The notes below the pieces were generated by a model, which saw only the letters and a list, made by a program, of their open reading frames with translations, did not search any database and was not told the DNA's origin. Position numbers and translations under genes: made by a program. This document shows positions 15,658 through 25,268 of a DNA stretch of 64,000 nt, piece by piece. How positions within the stretch are numbered: the stretch's first letter is position 1; every line of letters begins with the position of its first letter. Location of the stretch: IMG/VR virus record IMGVR_UViG_3300037462_000487, positions 1 through 64,000 of that record, one strand, 5' to 3'. Source of the DNA: a virus (lineage: Duplodnaviria > Caudoviricetes).

Positions 15658-16632
15658 ATGTTCATTCTTCCGACTCACTTACCCGACTGGATTCGCACCA
15701 CCTACCACAACTATCTCAAACAGCCGCTGCCAGTCGAGCTGAACCCCGATCCCTATCAGGAACGGGCGGATTACGTTTCGTGCAGCAGCCTGGCACGCTG
15801 CCCGAAAGCGTATGCCATGACCAAGAAAAAAATCACACCACACCTGCCGGAACTGCTCGATGAACATAATCTGCCGGCGCTGATGCGGATGTCGGGTGGC
15901 ACCGAAGCCGGCAAAATTTTTGCCAGCGCTTTTCGCCTGGCTTATCCTGCCCATGCTCGTGCGGAAATGTATCTGGATCACCCGGAGCTTAAACTTCACG
16001 GGTTTTGCGATGTTGTCGTGACTGACGATGCCGGGCAGACGCTGGTGATCGAAGTCAAAAAACGCCCCGGCTATTTCAACACCCCGGCGCAGCCGCGGCT
16101 GAGTGACTGCTACCAGTTGCTGGCGTATGCCTGTATTCTGCGTCATCGGGGTATTACTCCGCGGCTGGCGCTGGTGCTGCTGGATGGTTCTGACTCGCTG
16201 CCGGTGCAGACACTGGAACTGTGTCCGGTAGACGGGGGTTATGAATTACGTAACTACTCGGTGCCGATCATTGACGACTTCTCCGGGGCAGTCATTTCCA
16301 GCTATACCCGGTGGGATTTTCCCCAAAATCACCCCGGACATCTGAACGAATATACCATTCAAGAAAAAATTCGCCTGGCTCATGACTGGCTTTCCCGTAC
16401 TGACTACAGCGACACCCCGGTCGCTGATCCGCTGAATGATCGTTCCGGCATTGCCTATCAGTGTGTGCAGTGGCGTGATGGTCGCCGCCCGAAACCCAAT
16501 AAAGTTAAACCCGTCGTGACAGCGGTGTGCGCTAACTGCCCCTTTTCCTGTCATTTTAATAATTCAATTACCAGTTATCCGGTAGTGATTACGGCTGACG
16601 GTCACGCACAGTATCTTGACAAACCGAATTAA
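15658..16632 (+). CDS. Cas4/RecB-like PD-(D/E)xK nuclease
   Basis: HGFCDVVV...VIEVKK and YQLLAY motifs; N-terminal ARCP and C-terminal CANCPFSC cysteines. Confidence 0.8.
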   Translation: MFILPTHLPDWIRTTYHNYLKQPLPVELNPDPYQERADYVSCSSLARCPKAYAMTKKKITPHLPELLDEHNLPALMRMSGGTEAGKIFASAFRLAYPAHARAEMYLDHPELKLHGFCDVVVTDDAGQTLVIEVKKRPGYFNTPAQPRLSDCYQLLAYACILRHRGITPRLALVLLDGSDSLPVQTLELCPVDGGYELRNYSVPIIDDFSGAVISSYTRWDFPQNHPGHLNEYTIQEKIRLAHDWLSRTDYSDTPVADPLNDRSGIAYQCVQWRDGRRPKPNKVKPVVTAVCANCPFSCHFNNSITSYPVVITADGHAQYLDKPN

Positions 16633-16644
16633 GTATGTTATAAT
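16616..16644 (+). promoter_or_regulatory. Sigma70-type promoter
   Basis: TTGACA-17-TATAAT with TG; shares GTATGTTATAAT with the 12956 promoter. Confidence 0.85.
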
Positions 16645-16670
16645 TAACTCTGAAGTCAAAGGCATACTAC

Positions 16671-17531
16671 ATGGTCTCCGACGGCAGCACAATTTCCCTG
16701 ATCGAAACACTGGCAGCCATTGAGCAAGTCAGCACCTGGGGCTTGCTGGTGTTTGTTGTTGTTGGTGGATTGATGCTCGCGCGTCTCTATTTTACTTCCC
16801 GCCGACAGGATGCGCAGGTGATCGGACAGTTTACCAGTCTGCAAACCGGGCTGGTGACTGCGTTGAACAACCAGTCGCAGCTAACCACCCACACGGCACA
16901 GCAAATTAACGCTTCTGTCGCGGCGACGCAGGCATTGACGACGCAGATCACCGGCTTAACCGGGCAAATGGGAATGGTCAGCGAGAACTTGCAGGCAATT
17001 AAAGATAAAATGGCGCTGGATCGTAAAATGATGGCTGTTCAGTTAGAGCAGCTTCCGGCAGAATTAAACCGCGCGCTGATCGAAACTTTTGAACGTCACG
17101 ACGAAGCGCAGACAAAACGCTTTATCGACGGTATTACGCATGTTATTAACAAAATTCCGCAGCACCTGACAGTCGGGGTAATGAGTGTTTCCCCGGAAGG
17201 TACGGTGTCCGCAGTCAATAACGAACTGCTGGCACTTACCGGCTTAACTCCCGATGTTGTTGGTCGCAATTTGTTCACCGACGGCGTGGTGCGAGTTGTA
17301 GACGAAGGGGGTAAACCGTTATTAGTCGCGCAATCCCCTTTTTCCGATTTACTTTCTGGCGACAAAAGCTCTTTGCAGCTTATTGCCGGCATCATTCCAC
17401 CCCACTCCGTCACGCAGGAGAAACGCTGGTTTCTGCTCAAAGCCGCTCCCGCCGTCACCATTCGTCCTTCTACCAATTCGCAAATTCTTATCACTTTTAC
17501 CGATATAGGTAAACTTATTCATGCCATCTAA
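16671..17531 (+). CDS. Membrane-anchored protein with coiled coil and C-terminal PAS/PAC domain
   Basis: TM segment WGLLVFVVVGGLMLA; Q-rich helix; PAS signature GVMSVSPEGTVSAVNNELLALTGL...VVGR and PAC-like RWFLLKAAP...ITFTDI. Confidence 0.78.
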   Translation: MVSDGSTISLIETLAAIEQVSTWGLLVFVVVGGLMLARLYFTSRRQDAQVIGQFTSLQTGLVTALNNQSQLTTHTAQQINASVAATQALTTQITGLTGQMGMVSENLQAIKDKMALDRKMMAVQLEQLPAELNRALIETFERHDEAQTKRFIDGITHVINKIPQHLTVGVMSVSPEGTVSAVNNELLALTGLTPDVVGRNLFTDGVVRVVDEGGKPLLVAQSPFSDLLSGDKSSLQLIAGIIPPHSVTQEKRWFLLKAAPAVTIRPSTNSQILITFTDIGKLIHAI

Positions 17532-19278
17532 TACCAGCACTTACGCCGCCGATTACCTGAAGACTGCCGGATTAACCCCCGGCAGCAGCGTTGTTCGCCC
17601 TGCCGGCCCCGGTCAGGTGACGATTAACAACGTGCTGGAAACCGGGCGGCAAATCCGCGATCAGCAGCTCTGGCAGTTTAACATTCTGCCAGAAGCGGTA
17701 CTGCTGTTTCAACAGTTGTCGTCGTCGCGGGAGTGGGCAGTTTCCGGTCGGCCGCGGCAGGCTGCTCGCACGGTAGAATGGCTTAACTCTGCTCGCTCGG
17801 TTGATCCGCAAAACGGTCAGACGTTTTACGGTTTTCAGCAGTATTTGCAGCGGCGGGCGCTCGATGCTGTTGTTGTTGGACGCACTGCCTTTTACTGCCC
17901 GCTTGGTGACGGTTATCTGGAATACCTTGATCCGACGGCTTTGCGTTTTGTCCGCGACAAACTCAGTTACGGCGCTAAAATTGAGTCACCCTCTCCCCGT
18001 GAATTTGTCTGGCAGTATTTTAATCACCGGGCTTTGCGGGCAGGTGAGGTTTTTCTGGATCATATGCTGCCGATTGGCACCAGCTACTTTCTACCGCCAA
18101 TTGTCTCAGTGTTGAAGATAGCCCGGCTGGCCTGGCTGCTCACCGAACACGACAGCGCCAAACTGGATGGTCGTAAAATTCGGGAAATTTTCATTGTCTC
18201 TAACGAAGCTCTGGGCAGCGGCATTGAAGATGCTATTCTCAAGCAAGCCGCGATCTGGGCAGGAGCCGATGCTTCGCAGCTTGGCATTCCGGTTGTCAGC
18301 ATCAACAATCCGTCGGGAACCAGTGTCGCTAATCTCATTCACACGATGGGTATCTCCAATCTGCCAGAAAACTTTGATCGGCAGGGTTTCATTGATGCCT
18401 ACGTTAACCAGATCGCGGCGGCTCTGGGTATGGCGCTGCGGCAGTTCTGGAACAACGAAAAGACGACTAACCGCGCTCTGGAAGAAGTGCAGGAGCAGCG
18501 TCAGCAGCAAAAAGGCCCCAACCTGTTTGTTAAGACGGAAGAAAAACTAATTAACAACTCTGGCATTCTGGATCGGTTTGGTACCGGGCGTTATCGGGTG
18601 CGGTTTGGGTTCATTGAAGAAACCGATCTGACCAGTCGTATTGCGAATGCCGATGTGCTGAAGAAAACCGCCGAAGCGCTGGCAACCGTCAACGCCGTCT
18701 TCAAGCAGACTATTTCGCTGGAATCGTACCTGGCCTGGATGCAAAATCTGAACATTCTCCCGTATGAACTGGAACTTAACGCGGTTGATACGTCTAACTC
18801 CCCACATATTGTTCCTGAAGCCAGCACCGAAACCACGCCCGATGAAACCCGTGAAACCGGCAGCCCGGCGCTGTCGTCTTTTGACAATCTGGAAAAAATG
18901 ATACGGGAACTGGAAGATGGCAACGTAGTTTTAAATCAACACGGTGAAGTATTGGATCGTCGCCGTAAACACTTCTCCGTTTTGCATATCCTGACGCAGA
19001 TCGAAACCCTCGAACAAAGCCAGATTGAAGCTTTACCGGCTGACGAAGAAGCCTTTCAGGCGGCTTTAAAAGTGGCGAATGCCGCGGTTCGCGCTGCGTT
19101 TCGCGTCAATTATGAAGCTGCGCAGACTCAAATCACAGAATGGCGGCAGCACCAGATTCTGGTTTCTCCGACGACAATTGACAGCGCAATCCGTAAGGCT
19201 CTGGCCGATGAAGAACTGCTGCCGGTAGAGCAGGATGTACTAGATGCTATGATGCGTTATTTGGAGTTAAACGTATGA
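17521..19278 (+). CDS. Putative portal protein
   Basis: 585 aa, located between terL and the prohead protease, with helical content; synteny-based call. Confidence 0.72.
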   Translation: MPSNTSTYAADYLKTAGLTPGSSVVRPAGPGQVTINNVLETGRQIRDQQLWQFNILPEAVLLFQQLSSSREWAVSGRPRQAARTVEWLNSARSVDPQNGQTFYGFQQYLQRRALDAVVVGRTAFYCPLGDGYLEYLDPTALRFVRDKLSYGAKIESPSPREFVWQYFNHRALRAGEVFLDHMLPIGTSYFLPPIVSVLKIARLAWLLTEHDSAKLDGRKIREIFIVSNEALGSGIEDAILKQAAIWAGADASQLGIPVVSINNPSGTSVANLIHTMGISNLPENFDRQGFIDAYVNQIAAALGMALRQFWNNEKTTNRALEEVQEQRQQQKGPNLFVKTEEKLINNSGILDRFGTGRYRVRFGFIEETDLTSRIANADVLKKTAEALATVNAVFKQTISLESYLAWMQNLNILPYELELNAVDTSNSPHIVPEASTETTPDETRETGSPALSSFDNLEKMIRELEDGNVVLNQHGEVLDRRRKHFSVLHILTQIETLEQSQIEALPADEEAFQAALKVANAAVRAAFRVNYEAAQTQITEWRQHQILVSPTTIDSAIRKALADEELLPVEQDVLDAMMRYLELNV

Positions 19279-20285
19279 ACCTGACAACTCATCTGATTGA
19301 AGCTAAAAATATGCAGCTTTACGCTTATTCGCTGCCTGCCAGAGAAGATCGGCTGTATTTTGTTGTTAAAGCCGCTTCGGTGGGGGCACCGGATAAGAAA
19401 GATTTGGGAGGCGACTATTACACCCCGGAAACGGATTGGGGAGATCGTTATGTCAAATCGGTTAATGTGTTTATCGACCACCTGCATAACGATGAAACCA
19501 ATCCGTACATCATGCCGGAACGTCAGCTTATCGGTGCCGCCCATTTGTTGGAAAAGGATGCCGCCTTTACTGCGTGGCTTCAGGAAATGGGTCTGTCGGA
19601 ATCGGAAGCGCTGCATCGCTGGTATCTGGTTGAACTGGATAAAGCCAATCAGTATACGCTTTATCTGCAAAGACTGGCGAATGAAAAAAAGCTAGGGCTG
19701 AGTACGCAGGCTTATTTTAACTCAGTCAAACGTCAGGAAGATGGCCGGCTGGATAGCTGGTATATTAACGAGATTACGTTTACGGTGTCGCCTATGGATG
19801 CGACGACGGTAGGGCATGTCTATCAGATTGCTAAATCACTGGGTATTGAGTTTCAAAAGAAAGGGCATCTTATGGCAGATGAACAGAACGTTGAAGTGGC
19901 GGTGGCAGCGGAAGTGACGACTGTTGTGCCGCCGTCGCTGGAAGCGGAAATTACCGAAATTCTGGCGGCTCCGCCGGAACCGACTCTGGAAAGTACTATT
20001 GCCAACGCGGCTGAGCTGCGAGCGCAGATTGAAGCGCTGCGCGCAGAACTGAAAACCAGCGTTAACGCGCTGAGTGAAGCCCTGACGGCAATCAGCGTGT
20101 CTACCAATGACATTCGTAAGGGTGTGACGCTGTTTGCTGAGCAGGTTGCCAAACGCCTGCAAGTGAAAACCATTGAAGCTGCCAAAGAAGCTGCTCTGGT
20201 TGAAAAAGAAGCCGTTCAGGAAGTTAAAAGCACTGCTAAAGGGTTTACTGCCACTTATTTTCCGCCTAACGCCCCCGGCGCTTAA
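19275..20285 (+). CDS. Prohead protease with C-terminal scaffolding region
   Basis: HK97-type motifs DLGGDYY, IDH, GLST, EITFTVSPM; Ala/Glu coiled-coil C-terminus. Confidence 0.85.
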   Translation: MNLTTHLIEAKNMQLYAYSLPAREDRLYFVVKAASVGAPDKKDLGGDYYTPETDWGDRYVKSVNVFIDHLHNDETNPYIMPERQLIGAAHLLEKDAAFTAWLQEMGLSESEALHRWYLVELDKANQYTLYLQRLANEKKLGLSTQAYFNSVKRQEDGRLDSWYINEITFTVSPMDATTVGHVYQIAKSLGIEFQKKGHLMADEQNVEVAVAAEVTTVVPPSLEAEITEILAAPPEPTLESTIANAAELRAQIEALRAELKTSVNALSEALTAISVSTNDIRKGVTLFAEQVAKRLQVKTIEAAKEAALVEKEAVQEVKSTAKGFTATYFPPNAPGA

Positions 20286-20302
20286 CTCAAAAGGATACTG
20301 CT

Positions 20303-21733
20303 ATGGTTGGAAAGCTGATTCACGAACTCAATACGCAAACCGGGGGTGATGCGGTTAACAATGACGCAATTGCCCGCTATCTGAAAGACACCATGCCGGC
20401 AGGCGGTCGCGCTGCCAGCGGGTACCTGTACGACGGTAACTCGCCGTTTGGAATTTACCCTAACGATCCGATCTCGCTGGTTGTCAGCGGTGGTTCCCCG
20501 CTGATGAACTGGATTCCTACGCGCTACATCAATGATCGGTTTGAGTATATCTCCCATCTGGAATGGGTTGCTCCCGAAGGTTTTGACGGTTCCCAGACGT
20601 ATGCTGAGTATCTGGCTTCAGTCGATATGGATGACTGCGGCGGCGGCCCGGCGACGGATTGGAACGGCTTTACCTACCGGGTAAGCGGCGGACGTTTCCG
20701 CTGGCAGACTAAGATGATGAAGCCGTACCTGGACGGCGGTATGAAATACTATGAACAGCAGCCGATCTACACGATCCGCGGTTCCAACATCGGGCAGCCG
20801 CTGGCTTCAGATCGGGAATGGGCGATTGCCCGGCTGTTTATGGTGATGCAGTCTCACTATGACTATGTGCTGAAAAGCGGTGAACGCGCCAACAGCAACA
20901 TGGAGTGGGATGGCATTAAGACGGTGCTGGTGCCGGGTTATGTGCAGAACAATCTGGTTGGGCGTGGTACCCCCCACTGGGCCGACCCGATGATTATCAA
21001 CGGGCTGGCGATTAACAATGTGGCGGCGCTGCTTCAGGCGATCCGTCGGCTGGTGCGTCGCGCGATCAAGCGGCTGCGGATGCGTCAGTGGATCGTGCTG
21101 CCGGGAGACATTGCTATCTGGATGCCGGCGACGATGTGGGATCAGCTTGCCGAACACGTGGCTGCCGGTGGTATGTACAAGTACACCAATGCTTACGGCT
21201 TCAACGGCGATATGTCGGCTGGCGACTTTATGCGGGCGCTCGAACAGACTCGCAGCGGTGGCTTTGGGTTTGGCAACATCGTAGTCGATGGTATTACGGT
21301 GCCGGTGATTGCTGACGACACGATTGGTATGAACGTCACGATTGATCCGTCAGGTACGCCGAAACCCGGTATTGCCGGCGATGTGTCGGTGCTGGTGCGG
21401 CGGGCTAACGGTATGACGCTGCTCGAACAGCAGATCGTTGACTGGACGAAGCTCACTTACCCGACGAATGGCCTGGAAAACATCGTGCAGATGCCGCAGG
21501 GTCATGTTCGCGCCGGGTGGGTCACAGAAGCCAACAACTGCTACTACTACTATGCGGAAATGGCCGGGCGGTTTGTCAGCTACATGCAGCCGCTTCAGGG
21601 TGTGATCCGTAACGTGGTGATCGAAACGCTGGATGCGGCTGAAAATGAAGCCGGCACCTTCACCAGCCCTGACTTCTACCCGTATCGTGGTGTGGGTGGT
21701 GGTCGTGGTACTTCCCTGTTGACGGGCAGCTAA
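20303..21733 (+). CDS. Major capsid protein
   Basis: 476 aa directly after protease/scaffold, strong codon bias, AAAGGA RBS; synteny-based. Confidence 0.78.
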   Translation: MVGKLIHELNTQTGGDAVNNDAIARYLKDTMPAGGRAASGYLYDGNSPFGIYPNDPISLVVSGGSPLMNWIPTRYINDRFEYISHLEWVAPEGFDGSQTYAEYLASVDMDDCGGGPATDWNGFTYRVSGGRFRWQTKMMKPYLDGGMKYYEQQPIYTIRGSNIGQPLASDREWAIARLFMVMQSHYDYVLKSGERANSNMEWDGIKTVLVPGYVQNNLVGRGTPHWADPMIINGLAINNVAALLQAIRRLVRRAIKRLRMRQWIVLPGDIAIWMPATMWDQLAEHVAAGGMYKYTNAYGFNGDMSAGDFMRALEQTRSGGFGFGNIVVDGITVPVIADDTIGMNVTIDPSGTPKPGIAGDVSVLVRRANGMTLLEQQIVDWTKLTYPTNGLENIVQMPQGHVRAGWVTEANNCYYYYAEMAGRFVSYMQPLQGVIRNVVIETLDAAENEAGTFTSPDFYPYRGVGGGRGTSLLTGS

Positions 21734-21773
21734 AGATACAGTATAATGGGGAAAGTTAACTTTCCCCATTATA
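21719..21773 (+). promoter_or_regulatory. Promoter whose -10 box is the arm of a perfect 32-bp palindrome
   Basis: TTGACG(21719)-17-TATAAT(21742); 21742..21773 TATAATGGGGAAAGTTAACTTTCCCCATTATA is its own reverse complement. Confidence 0.75.
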
Positions 21774-21786
21774 TCTACCTAAAGGA

Positions 21787-22299
21787 TTGTCTATGACTAC
21801 TCGGAACAACGTACCGGTGGTGGGCTTTGGTGAAGATGATAACCCGGCAGCCCGCACAACTCGTGGCAAAACGATGATTTATTTTATTGGCTATAAACTT
21901 GGTCTGGACGCTGAGGGTCGGCTGGCGGTGCCGCTGCTGGTGCAAGGACGTGAATATCATATGCCGCCGATTGGGCAGGGTATGGAAGTAGACAGCCTGG
22001 TCGCTTCCCATATCGCCAGCTACCTGCGGGTGTATGACCCCAAAGTTGGGTTTATCGACGGGGTAACGACGGATGCTACGCTGGCTGCGTCAGTTGCGGC
22101 AGCTTTCTTCCGCGGTGCGCTGACGGTTGACGACAACTACCAGCATTTTACTGAACTGGTGCGTGATAATGCGCTGCGTAATCTGACTGATGAACAGTTG
22201 CAGGCAGAGATTGCGCGGCGGCAGAACACACCTGCCGAAGATACTGAGAAGAAACCGGCTGCCACTCGTAAGCAGGCAGCACAGAAAGAACAGGAGTAA
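21787..22299 (+). CDS. Hypothetical head-associated protein
   Basis: 170 aa after MCP, charged C-terminal tail, AAAGGA RBS. Confidence 0.7.
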   Translation: MSMTTRNNVPVVGFGEDDNPAARTTRGKTMIYFIGYKLGLDAEGRLAVPLLVQGREYHMPPIGQGMEVDSLVASHIASYLRVYDPKVGFIDGVTTDATLAASVAAAFFRGALTVDDNYQHFTELVRDNALRNLTDEQLQAEIARRQNTPAEDTEKKPAATRKQAAQKEQE

Positions 22300-22302
22300 G
22301 CT

Positions 22303-22959
22303 ATGCCTCTTGCGACGATCACTAACAGCAATTTTGACACTCAGTGTGCCGCGGTTCCGGCTCCCTATGGGCCGCTGACTCGCGTCGATGCGGTTGCGGC
22401 GATTGGCCCGAACTCGGCTCAGCCGGTGAAAGTCACGTCGGCTCTCAGCACGACTTTCTTTATCTCGTATGATGAACTGGTAGATGTCGCTACCCGTAAT
22501 CTGATCCTGGCGCAGGTGCATTCGGCGGATAACAAGCTTGATCCGGCGTACCGTCTGCATCTGCTGGCTCAGGCGGCTGTGGCTCATTTTGCGCCGATGG
22601 ACGATGCTGGCTGGTACAGTCCGGCAGAATATAAGAAAATCATGCGTCTTTTCGGGTTTGCTAAACCGCTGGTAGCGCTGCTGCCGATTACTTCCGCGCT
22701 GGATTATGATGCTCAGCCGGTGCAGGCTGACTTCACTGCGTCGGTGGCAGTTAAAACGGTGACGTTTACTAACACCAGCACCAACGGGGCGGAGTTTTTC
22801 CTGTGGGAGTTTGGCAACGGCAATACCAGCATTTTGCCGGGGTTTGCTCCTACGCCGGTTACACATGTTTATGCTACCGCAGCGACGTTCTCGGTGCGCC
22901 TGATTGCCGTGGGGCCGGGCGGTGTCAGCGTGCAGACTAAATCGGTGACGACAACCTAA
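22303..22959 (+). CDS. PKD (Ig-like) domain virion protein, possible head decoration
   Basis: ADFTAS...VTFTNTSTN...FLWEFGNG...THVY...FSVRLIAVGPGG is a typical PKD pattern. Confidence 0.8.
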   Translation: MPLATITNSNFDTQCAAVPAPYGPLTRVDAVAAIGPNSAQPVKVTSALSTTFFISYDELVDVATRNLILAQVHSADNKLDPAYRLHLLAQAAVAHFAPMDDAGWYSPAEYKKIMRLFGFAKPLVALLPITSALDYDAQPVQADFTASVAVKTVTFTNTSTNGAEFFLWEFGNGNTSILPGFAPTPVTHVYATAATFSVRLIAVGPGGVSVQTKSVTTT

Positions 22960-23240
22960 TGCCCTGTACTAAATGCAGAACGTCGGTGCGGCGCGAAACT
23001 GTGCCGACGTTCATCGTTAACGACTCCGGCGACAACGATACACTAAGTCGCAAATATGCTGAAGTGCAGTTCAATCGAACTGTGGCAGTAAATTATTGTG
23101 GTGTGTACCGTCTCTTTCAGTCGTCGGAAGTTGTTAATCTACCTTACCCGTTGATTCGCACGCTGCTAGATATGCCGACCAGCCCGATTATGTTTCGCTC
23201 AATCAATGAACGCTTTGTGTTTGAGGCGGCGTATGCTTGA
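22959..23240 (+). CDS. Hypothetical protein (N-terminal CxxC)
   Basis: MPCTKC start, TAATG-coupled. Confidence 0.65.
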   Translation: MPCTKCRTSVRRETVPTFIVNDSGDNDTLSRKYAEVQFNRTVAVNYCGVYRLFQSSEVVNLPYPLIRTLLDMPTSPIMFRSINERFVFEAAYA

Positions 23241-23655
23241 ACTGGCATTTTTTGCCAATGTCTTGACTGTTTATTATCTGGTTGCCTGCCTGCGATTTGA
23301 TGCAGCGATGACGCAGCCGTTTGTTAATTATCGGCGTGAAGTGCAGCAATTTTTAGTGTCTACTAACGATGCTGGTGATGTTATTACTGAAGTTATCACC
23401 TATCACCCCGGATTGTTTGATCGTATTCGTTTTCTCTTTGGCTTATATCGTGTTTCTCCCGACAATTCCCACGTCTGGGTAGTAAGGAATGAACGTTTAC
23501 CGGTCTGGGAATGCCCTAAATGCCTGTCTTTCTGGGTAGCTGTCGTGACGGCGGCTTTAACCGCTTCGCTGCTTAATAACCTGGTGTTTCTGCTGTTAAT
23601 TATCCCGATTGCCGGTGGCAGCACCCTCTTACACGCAATTGACTATTCGGATTAA
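23233..23655 (+). CDS. Membrane protein, DUF1360-like
   Basis: CPKCLSFWVA motif plus hydrophobic segments; start reassigned to ATG 23233 (GAGG RBS). Confidence 0.6.
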   Translation: MLELAFFANVLTVYYLVACLRFDAAMTQPFVNYRREVQQFLVSTNDAGDVITEVITYHPGLFDRIRFLFGLYRVSPDNSHVWVVRNERLPVWECPKCLSFWVAVVTAALTASLLNNLVFLLLIIPIAGGSTLLHAIDYSD

Positions 23656-23667
23656 ATATGGTATAAT
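23639..23667 (+). promoter_or_regulatory. Sigma70-type promoter
   Basis: TTGACT-17-TATAAT with TG, 6 nt before the 23674 start (possibly leaderless). Confidence 0.75.
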
Positions 23668-23673
23668 TAAGTT

Positions 23674-24987
23674 ATGAAAATTACGCCGGAACTACTTCGT
23701 TCTCCCCAAACGCAAACCGAACTTGATCTTATCAGCAATACTTTGCTGGTTGATCTGAATCGTTTTGCTGCGGTTGCCTGCGCAGATGGGCGGTTTCACG
23801 GGGTAGAAACGCTGTGTGATAGCTGTAGTCAGGAATTTAATGCCTGTTTGCGTCGCCACGCATTAACCGGACTGCTGCAAGCGCAGATTATGGTCGAAAA
23901 AAATCTTAACTATGCCGTAACACCGCGTTTTTATGCTGAAACGCAGCCCTGGGACGGCGTTTCCCGGCTGGTTCTGAAACACCCTGGCTTAAAAACTTTT
24001 GGGGTACGCGAGTCGATTGCGTCGGCACCTGGTACGACGGTATTCCCCGTCACCCCTTACCTCATCAACAACCTGTCCCTCGTTGATACAGGAGAAGGCT
24101 ACTGCGTAGCACAGCTTCCACGGAATTTAGTTGCTAACCCTGACCAGGTGCAGCTAAGAACCAGCGGGGGGTTAAACGTCGAACAGGATATACGCTTTGG
24201 TTATCCGCGACGCACGTCTTCGCATTGGGAGTTAGCTATCCCCTACGCAGTCGGCACGTCTTCCTGTAGTGGACCACTTAACGTGCAGCATTGCCGCTAT
24301 CTGGTGGTGACTACCGACACCAAAACAGTAACTACTGGCGAAGTTCTACCCGTTTACACAGGAACGCTGCAAAAAATTCCGGTAGTTAAAAAAGTAGTTG
24401 ACGGCACCAACACTCACTGGTGGTTTAACGTCTGGGATTTGTTTGACCCTGAATTTTTTGAACAGGGTATGAATTGGGGGCAGTTTGAAACGTACAAACT
24501 GCTGGACAGCATTGAATTAAAACACTTTACCACTATTGCTGCCGAAGCTGTAATTACGTATCGAGAAAGAGGGAAAGACACCTATAACACCATTGCGGCT
24601 CCCGATTTTAAAATACATGATTACCGCAACAGCGTTGTTGAAATTATGCTGCCGCCAGCTTTAACTGGTAGCTGCTATGATCGGGAAATTGTCAGCGTGG
24701 CGTATCATTATCACACTACCCCGGAACTACTGCTTGGCAACTCCGGTGAGTCGCTGGCGACGGCAATCAGTTATTTAGTTGCCGCTGAACTACCGCTCGA
24801 AGTTTGTAAATGCGATGTCGATCACGGTTTTATCAAAACTGCGCAGTCGGCTTACAGTAAAGTAGTGATTAATCCGGTTACAGGAATGCAATATGAAAAT
24901 TTTGAATACGGCTCCCTGTACGGACAGGTGACATTTAAAGAAATACTCAGTCGCATTCCGCATTATGTAAAGGTGGTTAAACTATGA
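23674..24987 (+). CDS. Putative head-tail adaptor/neck protein
   Basis: 437-aa ORF between head and tail-tube genes; synteny only. Confidence 0.5.
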   Translation: MKITPELLRSPQTQTELDLISNTLLVDLNRFAAVACADGRFHGVETLCDSCSQEFNACLRRHALTGLLQAQIMVEKNLNYAVTPRFYAETQPWDGVSRLVLKHPGLKTFGVRESIASAPGTTVFPVTPYLINNLSLVDTGEGYCVAQLPRNLVANPDQVQLRTSGGLNVEQDIRFGYPRRTSSHWELAIPYAVGTSSCSGPLNVQHCRYLVVTTDTKTVTTGEVLPVYTGTLQKIPVVKKVVDGTNTHWWFNVWDLFDPEFFEQGMNWGQFETYKLLDSIELKHFTTIAAEAVITYRERGKDTYNTIAAPDFKIHDYRNSVVEIMLPPALTGSCYDREIVSVAYHYHTTPELLLGNSGESLATAISYLVAAELPLEVCKCDVDHGFIKTAQSAYSKVVINPVTGMQYENFEYGSLYGQVTFKEILSRIPHYVKVVKL

Positions 24988-25259
24988 CTGAAGACAAGAC
25001 ACTGCTGCCTGATGCTCTCCCCATTGTCAAAGAAAAGCCGCAGCCGCCGGCAAAAATTACCGTGCGTTTGCTGGTGAAGAACTACCAGAAGCGTGGACGT
25101 GTTTATCAGAATGTGAATGATGCGCAGGATGTTCGCATTCTGGCAGATGCGCCTTACACCTGTGTTCCTTTCTCGGTTTCTGCCAGTGATTGGAAACAAA
25201 GTGAACTGGTTGTCAACGACCCCGCTATTCAAATTGCTATTAATCTAGTCAGTCGCTAA
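24984..25259 (+). CDS. Hypothetical protein (possible tail completion)
   Basis: 91 aa, overlapping start, immediately before tail tube. Confidence 0.55.
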   Translation: MTEDKTLLPDALPIVKEKPQPPAKITVRLLVKNYQKRGRVYQNVNDAQDVRILADAPYTCVPFSVSASDWKQSELVVNDPAIQIAINLVSR

Positions 25260-25268
25260 GGAGTCGCT

